The position numbers and the translations under genes are program-made. A stretch of 42,907 bases of DNA. Source: a virus (lineage: Duplodnaviria > Heunggongvirae > Uroviricota > Caudoviricetes). The notes beneath the pieces are model-generated. The model saw only the letters and a program-made list of their open reading frames with translations. It did not search any database and had not been told where the DNA came from. Position 1 is the first letter of the stretch. Each line of letters begins with the position of its first letter. Of the stretch, positions 1-7,617 are shown piece after piece. The stretch is taken from the IMG/VR virus record IMGVR_UViG_3300017747_005082, positions 137,618 through 180,524 of that record; one strand, given 5' to 3'.

Positions 1-823
1 TAATATGTGCACGACCTGTAAAATTATATCCACGTTTAGTACATTCTTCCATTACATATTTATAATTTGGGATTACAGCCTCACGTGTATCTCCTGCAGG
101 CATTACCCATGTTTTATTTTTTGGGATATTATGTCTATTTCTAAAATTTTCGATATCATCCCAAATATAAGGATCATTCATATCAACAACTGGTTTAAAA
201 TGATAATCTTTATGATAATTTAATGTATCTTCAATAGCATTATGATTTAATCTAAACTTATTATGTTGTTTAATCATTTTATCATCCACAACTTTATCAG
301 AATTAGGTAACTGTACTCCTAGTTTAGGAACAGAATTTTCAAACTTAGGAGATAGTGAAATTAAATCTATTGGATATTTGGTTTCGACAAAATGAGAACC
401 TTCTGTTTCCATTGTTATAAATCCATTTCCATCAGACATCATTCCTGTTTTTGGTGAAATCAATGGTTTAGTATTTATAGGAGTAGGAAAACTCAATGGT
501 TCACTATGCATTTCATTAAACATAGTAACCAATTCATCTACTAATGCAGGATGCATTGTTGGTGAACCCCCACTTATCATAAGATGATTTATATCAGGTC
601 TACTTTCAAATAATTCTTTAATAGCTTGTAATGTCCATGATCCCTTTTCTGGAGTAATTGAAGTATACCAAGAATCACACCAACCTCCTTCACCAAACCA
701 ACATCTATGGGTACATCCTGTTGTTCTAACCAAAAAATGAGGGTATCCTGCTCTACTTCCTTCAGTTTGAATACAAGTATAAGCCTCTATAATAGGTTGT
801 ATTTTATTATAATCCATTTTCAT
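1..823 (-). CDS. queE: 7-carboxy-7-deazaguanine synthase (radical SAM), 3' end outside the window
   Basis: Not in the ORF track. Manual translation from the ATG at 821-823, which overlaps the folE TAA: MKMDYNKIQPIIEAYTCIQTEGSRAGYPHFLVRTTGCTHRCWFGEGGWCDSWYT...LMISGGSPTMH...ITMETEGS...SLSPK...GYNFTGRAHI, open to base 1. These are QueE hallmark motifs (Q-x-EG, Cys cluster, SGGxP, ETxG, SPK). Confidence 0.93.
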   Translation of the reverse strand, partial: MKMDYNKIQPIIEAYTCIQTEGSRAGYPHFLVRTTGCTHRCWFGEGGWCDSWYTSITPEKGSWTLQAIKELFESRPDINHLMISGGSPTMHPALVDELVTMFNEMHSEPLSFPTPINTKPLISPKTGMMSDGNGFITMETEGSHFVETKYPIDLISLSPKFENSVPKLGVQLPNSDKVVDDKMIKQHNKFRLNHNAIEDTLNYHKDYHFKPVVDMNDPYIWDDIENFRNRHNIPKNKTWVMPAGDTREAVIPNYKYVMEECTKRGYNFTGRAHI

Positions 824-1509
824 TATTTTAATTTTATCATTTGATATACTTCTTGTTTTGCTGTTTTTTCATGGTTTGAAAATACACCTGATACTTCACA
901 AGTGACCATTGAAGCTCCTTGGTGTTTTACTCCTCTACAAGAAACACAATTATGGGTAGAATCAATAACAACCATTACTCCAATATTTCCTGTACATATT
1001 TTGTCTACAGCATTTTGTATTGATTTTGTTAGTTGTTCTTGGATTGCTCCTCTTCTACCAAAATGTTCTACTATTCTATTTAGTTTAGATAATCCAACTA
1101 CAGTACCATCTTTTCCAGGTATATAAGCTATATGAACTTTTCCTTTTATTGTTTGATGATGATGAGAACATTGACTTGTTAATTCAATATTTTTTTCTAA
1201 AACTATACCAGTATACCCATCTGCAGGGAAAGAAGTAGTATCAGAAAATATTTCATATCTACCTTTCCATAAATCATTAACATAAGCTTTAGCTACTCTA
1301 TAAGGAGTATTATTAGAATTTGGATCTAATTGCCATTCACAACCTAAGGCTTCTAGAAAAGCTCCATAATGATAAGCAGCATTTGCAATAATTTCTTTTT
1401 TTTCTACATCATTTAGAGAGCGGTTTTCTCTTTCTAATACTTGTGCTAGTTGAGTTGATATACCATTAGCATAACCTACTTTTGCAGTTTCCAATTCTTG
1501 AATTTTCAT
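823..1509 (-). CDS. folE: GTP cyclohydrolase I
   Basis: NTPYRVAKAY, SQCSHHHQTI, GLSKLNRIVEHFGRR, IQEQLT and HNCVSCRGV match type I GTP cyclohydrolase motifs, including the Zn ligands. Confidence 0.96.
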   Translation of the reverse strand: MKIQELETAKVGYANGISTQLAQVLERENRSLNDVEKKEIIANAAYHYGAFLEALGCEWQLDPNSNNTPYRVAKAYVNDLWKGRYEIFSDTTSFPADGYTGIVLEKNIELTSQCSHHHQTIKGKVHIAYIPGKDGTVVGLSKLNRIVEHFGRRGAIQEQLTKSIQNAVDKICTGNIGVMVVIDSTHNCVSCRGVKHQGASMVTCEVSGVFSNHEKTAKQEVYQMIKLK

Positions 1510-1536
1510 TTCTTTTCTTTTCGTTATTTTTTTGAA

Positions 1537-1842
1537 TTACCTAGTTCGTGGAACTTTTAAATTTTCTGATTGTTGAACCACTTCAACGTTATTTCTAATA
1601 ATACCTTCTAATTTTACACTATTACCTTTCATGAAATTAATTTGATTATCTAATTCATTTATATGTTCCCAAATTTTTGGTAAGAGATTACTATGAGAGC
1701 GATGAGGTTTACAATCTTCATTTAATTTTTCTTCTCCTTGTGGGTAATCTAAATATTCTAATAATCTATAATTATCATAATTACATGCACTTATTTTTTG
1801 TGTTAGTTCTTCTAATATATGTTCTATTCTCTCTAATGTCAT
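1537..1842 (-). CDS. hypothetical protein (coiled-coil-like)
   Basis: 101-aa ORF on the gene-dense strand; no recognised motif. Confidence 0.7.
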   Translation of the reverse strand: MTLERIEHILEELTQKISACNYDNYRLLEYLDYPQGEEKLNEDCKPHRSHSNLLPKIWEHINELDNQINFMKGNSVKLEGIIRNNVEVVQQSENLKVPRTR

Positions 1843-1859
1843 AATATTTTCTTTTATAA

Positions 1860-2243
1860 TTAGTATTTTGGTTTTGCCGGTTCAATAATATTTGTTTCTA
1901 TTTTATCACTTATATTTTGGTTTTTATTTTTTTCTTCTAAAGTACAATTTAATAAATCAACATAATTTCTTAAATCAATTAAAGTATCTTCTATACTTTC
2001 ATTCTTTGCTATTTTATTTGAAAATAATAAATTACATAATCTTTGTATTTTCAAAAGAATATAAAACATATGTATTCCTTCTATTTTAGAAGTATTTACT
2101 TGTAATAAATCTAAAAGTTGATGCATTTGTTTAAAATTCTTTAATACATCTTCTCCAGCATAATCGTATCCTTTAGATTTAATTAATTCAATTCCTTTTT
2201 TATTTATATTTTCAATAAATTCTAATTGTTGTACTTGTTTCAT
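1860..2243 (-). CDS. nucleotide-modification-associated domain (Nmad1/DUF1599-like, all-alpha MazG-like fold)
   Basis: The K-KGYDYA...NF...K-x-x-RL-x-NL...NESIEDTLIDLRNY pattern resembles DUF1599/Nmad1; lies within a base-modification cluster. Confidence 0.7.
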   Translation of the reverse strand: MKQVQQLEFIENINKKGIELIKSKGYDYAGEDVLKNFKQMHQLLDLLQVNTSKIEGIHMFYILLKIQRLCNLLFSNKIAKNESIEDTLIDLRNYVDLLNCTLEEKNKNQNISDKIETNIIEPAKPKY

Positions 2244-2902
2244 AATTTAAATGCTTTTAATGTGTGTTCAAATGGATTATTTGGTATATCTTTTATTAAT
2301 TTCAACATTTGTTTTGCTAATTCTCTTATTTCTAATTGTGCATGTTCATCTGCTCTTAATATATAGAAATGATAAAAGGATCTCCAATTAAACATAATAT
2401 CCATTGTAATTTGGGAATTAAATGTTTTAAAATAACGAGAACTTTCTTTAGCACGTTTACGCCCTAAAATAGGTGTTAAATCTTCTAAACATTGATGATA
2501 TAATTGATTACCTAATTCAGTATATTGTTTAAGTTTAAATGCCCATGTTTGACCATGTTCATAATCATCTAAATATTCCATAGAATGAGGTACATCAAAA
2601 TCTTCAGGTAAATAATATTTATCTTCTTTAAGTTCTTTATATCTAGCACTTTCACCATTAATAGAAACACCAATTCTATGTTTTAAAAGATGAATATGTG
2701 TAGCTTGATCTACATTTACTAAAAAATGAATACAAGACTTTTCAAATGGTGTACCATGTTTGTTATCAGCTAACATTGTTAATAAATTAGGTACTTTACC
2801 TTCTTTACCTTTATAATCTCTTATTGTACTTGTCCAAGCACTCAATGCATGAGTTTTGTCACCACCATAATGACCTAATAATTCTACTGTGTTTTTATTC
2901 AT
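2240..2902 (-). CDS. thyX: FAD-dependent thymidylate synthase
   Basis: HGTPFE; KHRIGVSINGESARYKE is a variant of the ThyX RHRx7SxR signature; NWRSFYHFYILRADEHAQLEIRELA. Confidence 0.93.
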   Translation of the reverse strand: MNKNTVELLGHYGGDKTHALSAWTSTIRDYKGKEGKVPNLLTMLADNKHGTPFEKSCIHFLVNVDQATHIHLLKHRIGVSINGESARYKELKEDKYYLPEDFDVPHSMEYLDDYEHGQTWAFKLKQYTELGNQLYHQCLEDLTPILGRKRAKESSRYFKTFNSQITMDIMFNWRSFYHFYILRADEHAQLEIRELAKQMLKLIKDIPNNPFEHTLKAFKL

Positions 2903-3050
2903 TTAATTCTTTCTCTATTATCTTACAAATTTTATATACAATTTCTTTAGGTCCAAAAGTACTTTTCCAATCACATTCATCAGATACTTTATCAACCCAT
3001 TCCATATATATTTTATATATTTTTTCTTTATCTAAAACTAATGCATTCAT
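2895..3050 (-). CDS. small hypothetical protein (51 aa)
   Basis: Manual translation MNALVLDKEKIYKIYMEWVDKVSDECDWKSTFGPKEIVYKICKIIEKELNE. It fills the queC-thyX gap, with an ATGA overlap on the queC stop. Confidence 0.7.
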   Translation of the reverse strand: MNALVLDKEKIYKIYMEWVDKVSDECDWKSTFGPKEIVYKICKIIEKELNE

Positions 3051-3967
3051 TTTTTATCTCCATTATGTAAGTGATATGTAATAAGAGCATCATTTTCTAA
3101 TAATATAGATTTAACATGATCTCTAGCTATTTCCCAAGATACAGGACCTGTTTCATCTGCATAGGGCGTACTATCAGGCCTACCTAATTTAATAAACGCT
3201 TCAATACGTTCTACTGATGAAGCTGATTTATAATCTGAGTACCAAACAAATCTGTCTACATCTTCTTCACCATAAGGTCCTTTATTTGGGGATTTTTGGT
3301 TTATTTTAATTGGCTTGTATGAAGTTAATGTTCGTTTATATACTTCATTGAAATTTAATCCTAAATTATTACATGAATATTCTCCGTCTTTTAAAATATC
3401 GAATTTATTTAATTCAAGATAGGGTGTATATAAACTAACTTTTTCAGAACCCCAATTTCCTTGTTTAAATGCCTCAAAATCAGCATCTCTAAATTCTTGT
3501 CTACAATCAGGATAAATTGCATGATCTCCAGCATGAATTCCCATAGCTATAACACATTCCGAATTATTTTTTTCTGCTATACTTAAAGCAACAGATTGAA
3601 TAAGAGAAGAAAATATTTTATTTCTATTAGGTACAACAGTAGCTTTCATATTATCAGATTCATAATGACCTTCAGGTACATCTTCTCCTCCTTCAACTAA
3701 TGATGAATTTAATAATTGGGATAAACCATTAAGATTAATAATTTGATGTTTGACATTAATGAATTTACTATTTTCTCTTCCTGTTAATCCATTTGTATAA
3801 TTAAGATACTCTACTAATTCACTTGCTCTTTCAAGTTCAACTTTATGTTTTTGACCATAATCAAAACTTAACGCTGTAACTTCATAACCATTATCTAATA
3901 GGTTTAGTAATAAAGTGCTAGAGTCCATACCCCCACTTAGTGAAATTACTGCATATTTTTTATTCAT
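3047..3967 (-). CDS. queC: 7-cyano-7-deazaguanine synthase
   Basis: ISLSGGMDS PP-loop, FDYGQKH, VVPNRN and HAGDHAIYPDCRQEF; the C-terminal Zn cysteines are replaced. Confidence 0.95.
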   Translation of the reverse strand: MNKKYAVISLSGGMDSSTLLLNLLDNGYEVTALSFDYGQKHKVELERASELVEYLNYTNGLTGRENSKFINVKHQIINLNGLSQLLNSSLVEGGEDVPEGHYESDNMKATVVPNRNKIFSSLIQSVALSIAEKNNSECVIAMGIHAGDHAIYPDCRQEFRDADFEAFKQGNWGSEKVSLYTPYLELNKFDILKDGEYSCNNLGLNFNEVYKRTLTSYKPIKINQKSPNKGPYGEEDVDRFVWYSDYKSASSVERIEAFIKLGRPDSTPYADETGPVSWEIARDHVKSILLENDALITYHLHNGDKK

Positions 3968-3968
3968 A

Positions 3969-4166
3969 TTATTTTATATTTATAGGTTTTTTTCCTTCTT
4001 TATAATATAGATTTACATCTCTATCATCATGATCTCCTTTCTTACCTAAGAAATCTAATACTTCAAGATCCTTTGATGTTAAAAACTTTACATTAGAGAA
4101 TAATTTTGTAATAATTCTACGAGCATCATGAGGTTGGAACTGTATATTTCTTTTATGTTCTTTCAT
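3969..4166 (-). CDS. hypothetical protein
   Basis: 65-aa ORF tightly packed between its neighbours. Confidence 0.6.
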   Translation of the reverse strand: MKEHKRNIQFQPHDARRIITKLFSNVKFLTSKDLEVLDFLGKKGDHDDRDVNLYYKEGKKPINIK

Positions 4167-4411
4167 TAGTTAAAACATTTTTTATAAGCTTCTAAATTAT
4201 TGGCTATTGTAAAATATTCTTTTAATAATCTTGGAGGATAACACATAACTCTAGTATGACCTCCTTGATTAATTTCTTTTGTCATAGGTTTTATACCTCT
4301 TAACTTAGCGTAAGTAAATACTTGTAATCCTAATTTAGAACCTGCTGGTTTTTTTAAATAATCATAAAGGCTTAAATAATCTGTTGTGGGTGGGTTTAAA
4401 CTTGATGTCAT
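4166..4411 (-). CDS. hypothetical protein, weakly resembling antirepressor C-terminal-type small domains
   Basis: 81 aa; LG-x-x-V...RGI...V-x-x-YP-x-x-LL-x-EYF pattern. The function call is weak. Confidence 0.55.
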   Translation of the reverse strand: MTSSLNPPTTDYLSLYDYLKKPAGSKLGLQVFTYAKLRGIKPMTKEINQGGHTRVMCYPPRLLKEYFTIANNLEAYKKCFN

Positions 4412-5265
4412 AAATGTTTATTGTTTGTTATATTATTTGTTATATGTCTAAATTTTTCTATATTATCTAATATATATTCTTTTTGTTCAAAATCCAAAGT
4501 AGATTCAAAAAAATGTTCTAATTTTTCTTTTGGTTTAGAGGTTAAATTTATGGATTTGTAGTAATATTTCTCTCTTTTACAACCTAAAATTATTGGGGAA
4601 GAGGTATCAATAGAATTAATATATTCTTTTTTATTTCTACTATACAAACCTAGTTCTGTAGGTGTTGATAATCCTAATAAATGAATATAATGTTCTTTTT
4701 TAATTACTCCCTTATCAATTAAGTTAGTAATAATATGATTTCTTCCAAAAGAAGCATTCATTAATTCAGTTGAATGTCCTAATGATTGATAAGCTATTGA
4801 AGAATGATTAAAGGAAAAATGAGTGTAACCTAAATCAACACATTGCTGATATAATATTTCCATTTCTCCAAAAGTTTTACCTTGAACAACAACCATTAGT
4901 TGGGTTTTTTCAGGTAAATTTCCTGCTTTCTTTAAACCCATCCAATATTTTGCGTTTTTTAATGTCCCTAATGAATCATTCCATTCATCAGGAGGAATAA
5001 ATATATTGGGTTGAATTTCATCAATTAATTTTAATAAATTTGGGATAGTTGGGACTTCTCCTTCAAATAATCCATTATCTAATATAATAAATGAATTTTC
5101 TTTTTTACTATATTGTAACATCCATTCTTTGTATTCAGTATACCTATCCCAAAAATAAGGTAATATGTATTGATAATCATTATATATTAAACTTTCTTCT
5201 AATAGTTGTAATGGAGTTTCGTGTGATATTTTAATATTTAATTTCTGATATTCTTTCTCCATCAT
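4408..5265 (-). CDS. TGT-fold guanine transglycosylase-like protein (DpdA-like, divergent)
   Basis: Ordered motifs ILDNGLFE, PPDEW, VVQGKT, IHLLGL and SIDTSSP map onto the TGT catalytic Asp, Asp, Gln-Gly and second Asp. No C-terminal Zn site. Located among the que genes. Confidence 0.8.
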   Translation of the reverse strand: MMEKEYQKLNIKISHETPLQLLEESLIYNDYQYILPYFWDRYTEYKEWMLQYSKKENSFIILDNGLFEGEVPTIPNLLKLIDEIQPNIFIPPDEWNDSLGTLKNAKYWMGLKKAGNLPEKTQLMVVVQGKTFGEMEILYQQCVDLGYTHFSFNHSSIAYQSLGHSTELMNASFGRNHIITNLIDKGVIKKEHYIHLLGLSTPTELGLYSRNKKEYINSIDTSSPIILGCKREKYYYKSINLTSKPKEKLEHFFESTLDFEQKEYILDNIEKFRHITNNITNNKHL

Positions 5266-5479
5266 TATTATTAAAGTTTATAGTAATATTATTATCTCCA
5301 TCATCTTTCCAATTAAAATGACCTAATTTTAGTTTTTTCCAGTTTTCATCATCTTTTTTGGATGCGGCAAGAGTATGAAATAACTTGTAAAAATCTAACA
5401 TAAATCTATCAAGATTTTCTTCAGTTATAATATCATATATATCCTGTATATTTTTAATTTCAATTACTTCTTTTTTCAT
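5231..5479 (-). CDS. hypothetical protein
   Basis: 82-aa ORF; no recognised motif. Confidence 0.6.
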   Translation of the reverse strand: MKKEVIEIKNIQDIYDIITEENLDRFMLDFYKLFHTLAASKKDDENWKKLKLGHFNWKDDGDNNITINFNNNDGERISEIKY

Positions 5480-5619
5480 TTTCTTTTTTTCTTTTTAGGA
5501 GTTAGATGAGTATTTTTCTTTCTTACTTTGACTTTTCTTCCCTCTTCTAATTCCCTATGATATAATTCTAAATCTTTTAAAGTAACTTCTCTTTCCCCAC
5601 TATTCTTATGTTCTTCCAT
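5476..5619 (-). CDS. small hypothetical protein with basic tail (47 aa)
   Basis: Manual translation MEEHKNSGEREVTLKDLELYHRELEEGRKVKVRKKNTHLTPKKKKRK; start/stop overlaps with both neighbours. Confidence 0.65.
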   Translation of the reverse strand: MEEHKNSGEREVTLKDLELYHRELEEGRKVKVRKKNTHLTPKKKKRK

Positions 5620-6158
5620 TATAACGTAAATTTATGTTCTTTCCCATTAACATCACTATAAACAGTATGAGTTGGTTGGAGTCTATAATCTAAATCTTTA
5701 AATTTATTAACATATTTTTTTCCTTCTCCAGGATTCAAATAAGCAATAGTTAAATGGGGATGATAATCAAATTCATTAGTGTAAGGAAAAGTATTTCTTA
5801 ATTCTTTATTAACATCATATAAATTTTCCCCGGCTACATCAAATTTTAATACATCATATTTATCCTGCTCAAATAAAGAAACATTATAGGCTTTACATTC
5901 ATTAAATTCATAATATGATAAGATATCCTCTACTTGGAAAGGTTTGATTTCATCATGAATCCCAAATAATAAAGTACAGTGGGGATTTTTTTCTAATCCA
6001 AAAGATGGGTCTTCTGGATCTTGATATATATCACTAGGGTCTATTTCTGCTTGTATTTGAGATAATTCAGGAAAATCAAAAAATAACATAGCACAACCGA
6101 ATTCATGTTTTCTGTTCTCAAACAGAAAATGATATATTGATTTTTTTATTTCAAACAT
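5619..6158 (-). CDS. 2H phosphoesterase, T4 gp57B/Acb1-like
   Basis: Two HxT motifs (PHCTLLFG and YHPHLTIAY) about 75 aa apart; TNEFDYHPHLTIAY resembles the T4 57B segment around its second HxT. Confidence 0.8.
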   Translation of the reverse strand: MFEIKKSIYHFLFENRKHEFGCAMLFFDFPELSQIQAEIDPSDIYQDPEDPSFGLEKNPHCTLLFGIHDEIKPFQVEDILSYYEFNECKAYNVSLFEQDKYDVLKFDVAGENLYDVNKELRNTFPYTNEFDYHPHLTIAYLNPGEGKKYVNKFKDLDYRLQPTHTVYSDVNGKEHKFTL

Positions 6159-6604
6159 TATTTTAAATATAATTGATCTTTTAAATAATCTGATTTATGA
6201 TATTCTATATTTGAAGTTCTAGTTTCATGATAGTTTATTTTCTCAATATCAAAACCAAATCTTTGAGTAATTTCATCAAAAATATAATAACATACATTTT
6301 CCACTGAAGATGCAAATGGAATTATTTTTAGTCCTAGATCTTCTCCTCTATCTTTTTCGAATTGTTCAAAATAAGGTAATAATGGGTCATTTTTATCTAT
6401 TACAAATCTATGATCAAATTCATCTTTAAAAAATGGTTCAATTTCCTTATCAAAATCCCCAAATAATGTAGTTATATTTCCATGTCTTTCAACATTAAAT
6501 GTAATAAAGATTTTAGCATCATGTCCATGAGGTCTAAAACATTTATCTTTTAATTCTTGATTACGGTGACCGTAATACATTTTGTATTCTTTAGTTATTT
6601 TCAT
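6158..6604 (-). CDS. queD: 6-carboxy-5,6,7,8-tetrahydropterin synthase
   Basis: GHR, CFRPHGH (CxxxHGH), FDHRF, SSVEN, HETRTS. Confidence 0.92.
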   Translation of the reverse strand: MKITKEYKMYYGHRNQELKDKCFRPHGHDAKIFITFNVERHGNITTLFGDFDKEIEPFFKDEFDHRFVIDKNDPLLPYFEQFEKDRGEDLGLKIIPFASSVENVCYYIFDEITQRFGFDIEKINYHETRTSNIEYHKSDYLKDQLYLK

Positions 6605-6849
6605 TTATAATATTTAATATATTTATTTCGTATTTTAAATGCATTTCTTTTTTCCCCAAATGTAGAATCATACTCTATCGCTGTAAGGAAAATATCTAAT
6701 TCATCATTACTCATTATTTCACATAATAAATCAAATTCATCATCAGTGATATTGTAAAAATCTTTTATAACATCATCAAAAGCATCAGAAATGTATCCAC
6801 ATCCCTGGAATTGTATTTCTTTTCGTAATTTCTTTCGTATCATTCCCAA
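6601..6849 (-). CDS. hypothetical protein
   Basis: 82-aa acidic ORF overlapping its neighbours. Confidence 0.6.
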   Translation of the reverse strand: MGMIRKKLRKEIQFQGCGYISDAFDDVIKDFYNITDDEFDLLCEIMSNDELDIFLTAIEYDSTFGEKRNAFKIRNKYIKYYK

Positions 6850-7079
6850 TAATTTGATTTACCTTTTAAAAATTTTTTGATTTGTTTTATTTGATATTTT
6901 ATTACAGGGAGAATTTGTTTATTATTACATAAACCGAAACTTAATCCCACTGCATTAATTTCACATGCTATATTATTATCTTTTAAATAATGTTTCATTA
7001 TTTTTAATCTTGATAATTCTGTTTCAGCTTCTATCCTATCTTCTTTATTTTTAATAAATATTAAAATGTTCTTTTCCAT
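6840..7079 (-). CDS. hypothetical protein
   Basis: 79-aa ORF overlapping its neighbours. Confidence 0.55.
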   Translation of the reverse strand: MEKNILIFIKNKEDRIEAETELSRLKIMKHYLKDNNIACEINAVGLSFGLCNNKQILPVIKYQIKQIKKFLKGKSNYWE

Positions 7080-7549
7080 GATGGTTGTATATTATATTTA
7101 TATTTTTCTTCAAACAGAATATACAAATCTTGAATTGTACCTCCAAAATTTTCTAAGATTTCCTTTACTTGATCTTTTTTAAGAATATAAGATTTAGTAA
7201 AATCATTTATAATCCTTTCCATTCTTTCATCTTCATCTTTGTAATAATCTTCCATTAATCGCTTATATCTAGCTCTAATAATGGAAGAAGATTCCACCCA
7301 AGCTCCATAATCTTTATTTTTTACATATAAATCATTTAACTCAACTAAAGCTAATTGGGCTTGCCAAAAATATGAAGAAAAATCATAATAGCCTGATTTA
7401 ATTTTTTCTATAATAGTAGAATTTTTTAGTATTGGAACAGTAGTAGAATCATATTTCCTCCACCAAAAATATTTATTATGGGAAACTGGTTTAAGTTTTG
7501 ATATTTCTTTCAAAACTATTTCTTTATCATGTGTTTTAAAAATTGACAT
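7061..7549 (-). CDS. hypothetical phage protein
   Basis: 162-aa aromatic-rich ORF (YFWWRKY). Confidence 0.75.
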   Translation of the reverse strand: MSIFKTHDKEIVLKEISKLKPVSHNKYFWWRKYDSTTVPILKNSTIIEKIKSGYYDFSSYFWQAQLALVELNDLYVKNKDYGAWVESSSIIRARYKRLMEDYYKDEDERMERIINDFTKSYILKKDQVKEILENFGGTIQDLYILFEEKYKYNIQPSWKRTF

Positions 7550-7574
7550 ATAAATAATTTATTATAATATATAA

Positions 7575-7593
7575 AGGCCTCTTTAAGAGGCCT
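7575..7593 (-). terminator. GC-rich hairpin after the endolysin; probable intrinsic terminator
   Basis: Inverted repeat aggcctct-tta-agaggcct, followed on the minus strand by TTATATATT (weak U-tract). Confidence 0.6.
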
Positions 7594-7617
7594 AATAAAA
7601 ATATATTTATTTTAAAA

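Noticed and set aside
5-3081. Short plus-strand ORFs (5-223, 902-1126, 1892-2089, 2824-3081)
   Set aside because: They lie opposite queE, folE, Nmad1, thyX or the 51-aa ORF and are low-complexity; all real genes here are on the minus strand.
5479-5499. PKKKKRK resembles an SV40-type nuclear localisation signal
   Set aside because: Lys runs arise easily in A-rich DNA, and the context is a bacteriophage.
7549-7556. TATTTATA abutting the ATG at 7549, plus similar 8-mers inside genes (e.g. 7053-7060)
   Set aside because: Wrong spacing or intragenic; chance copies are expected at this AT content.
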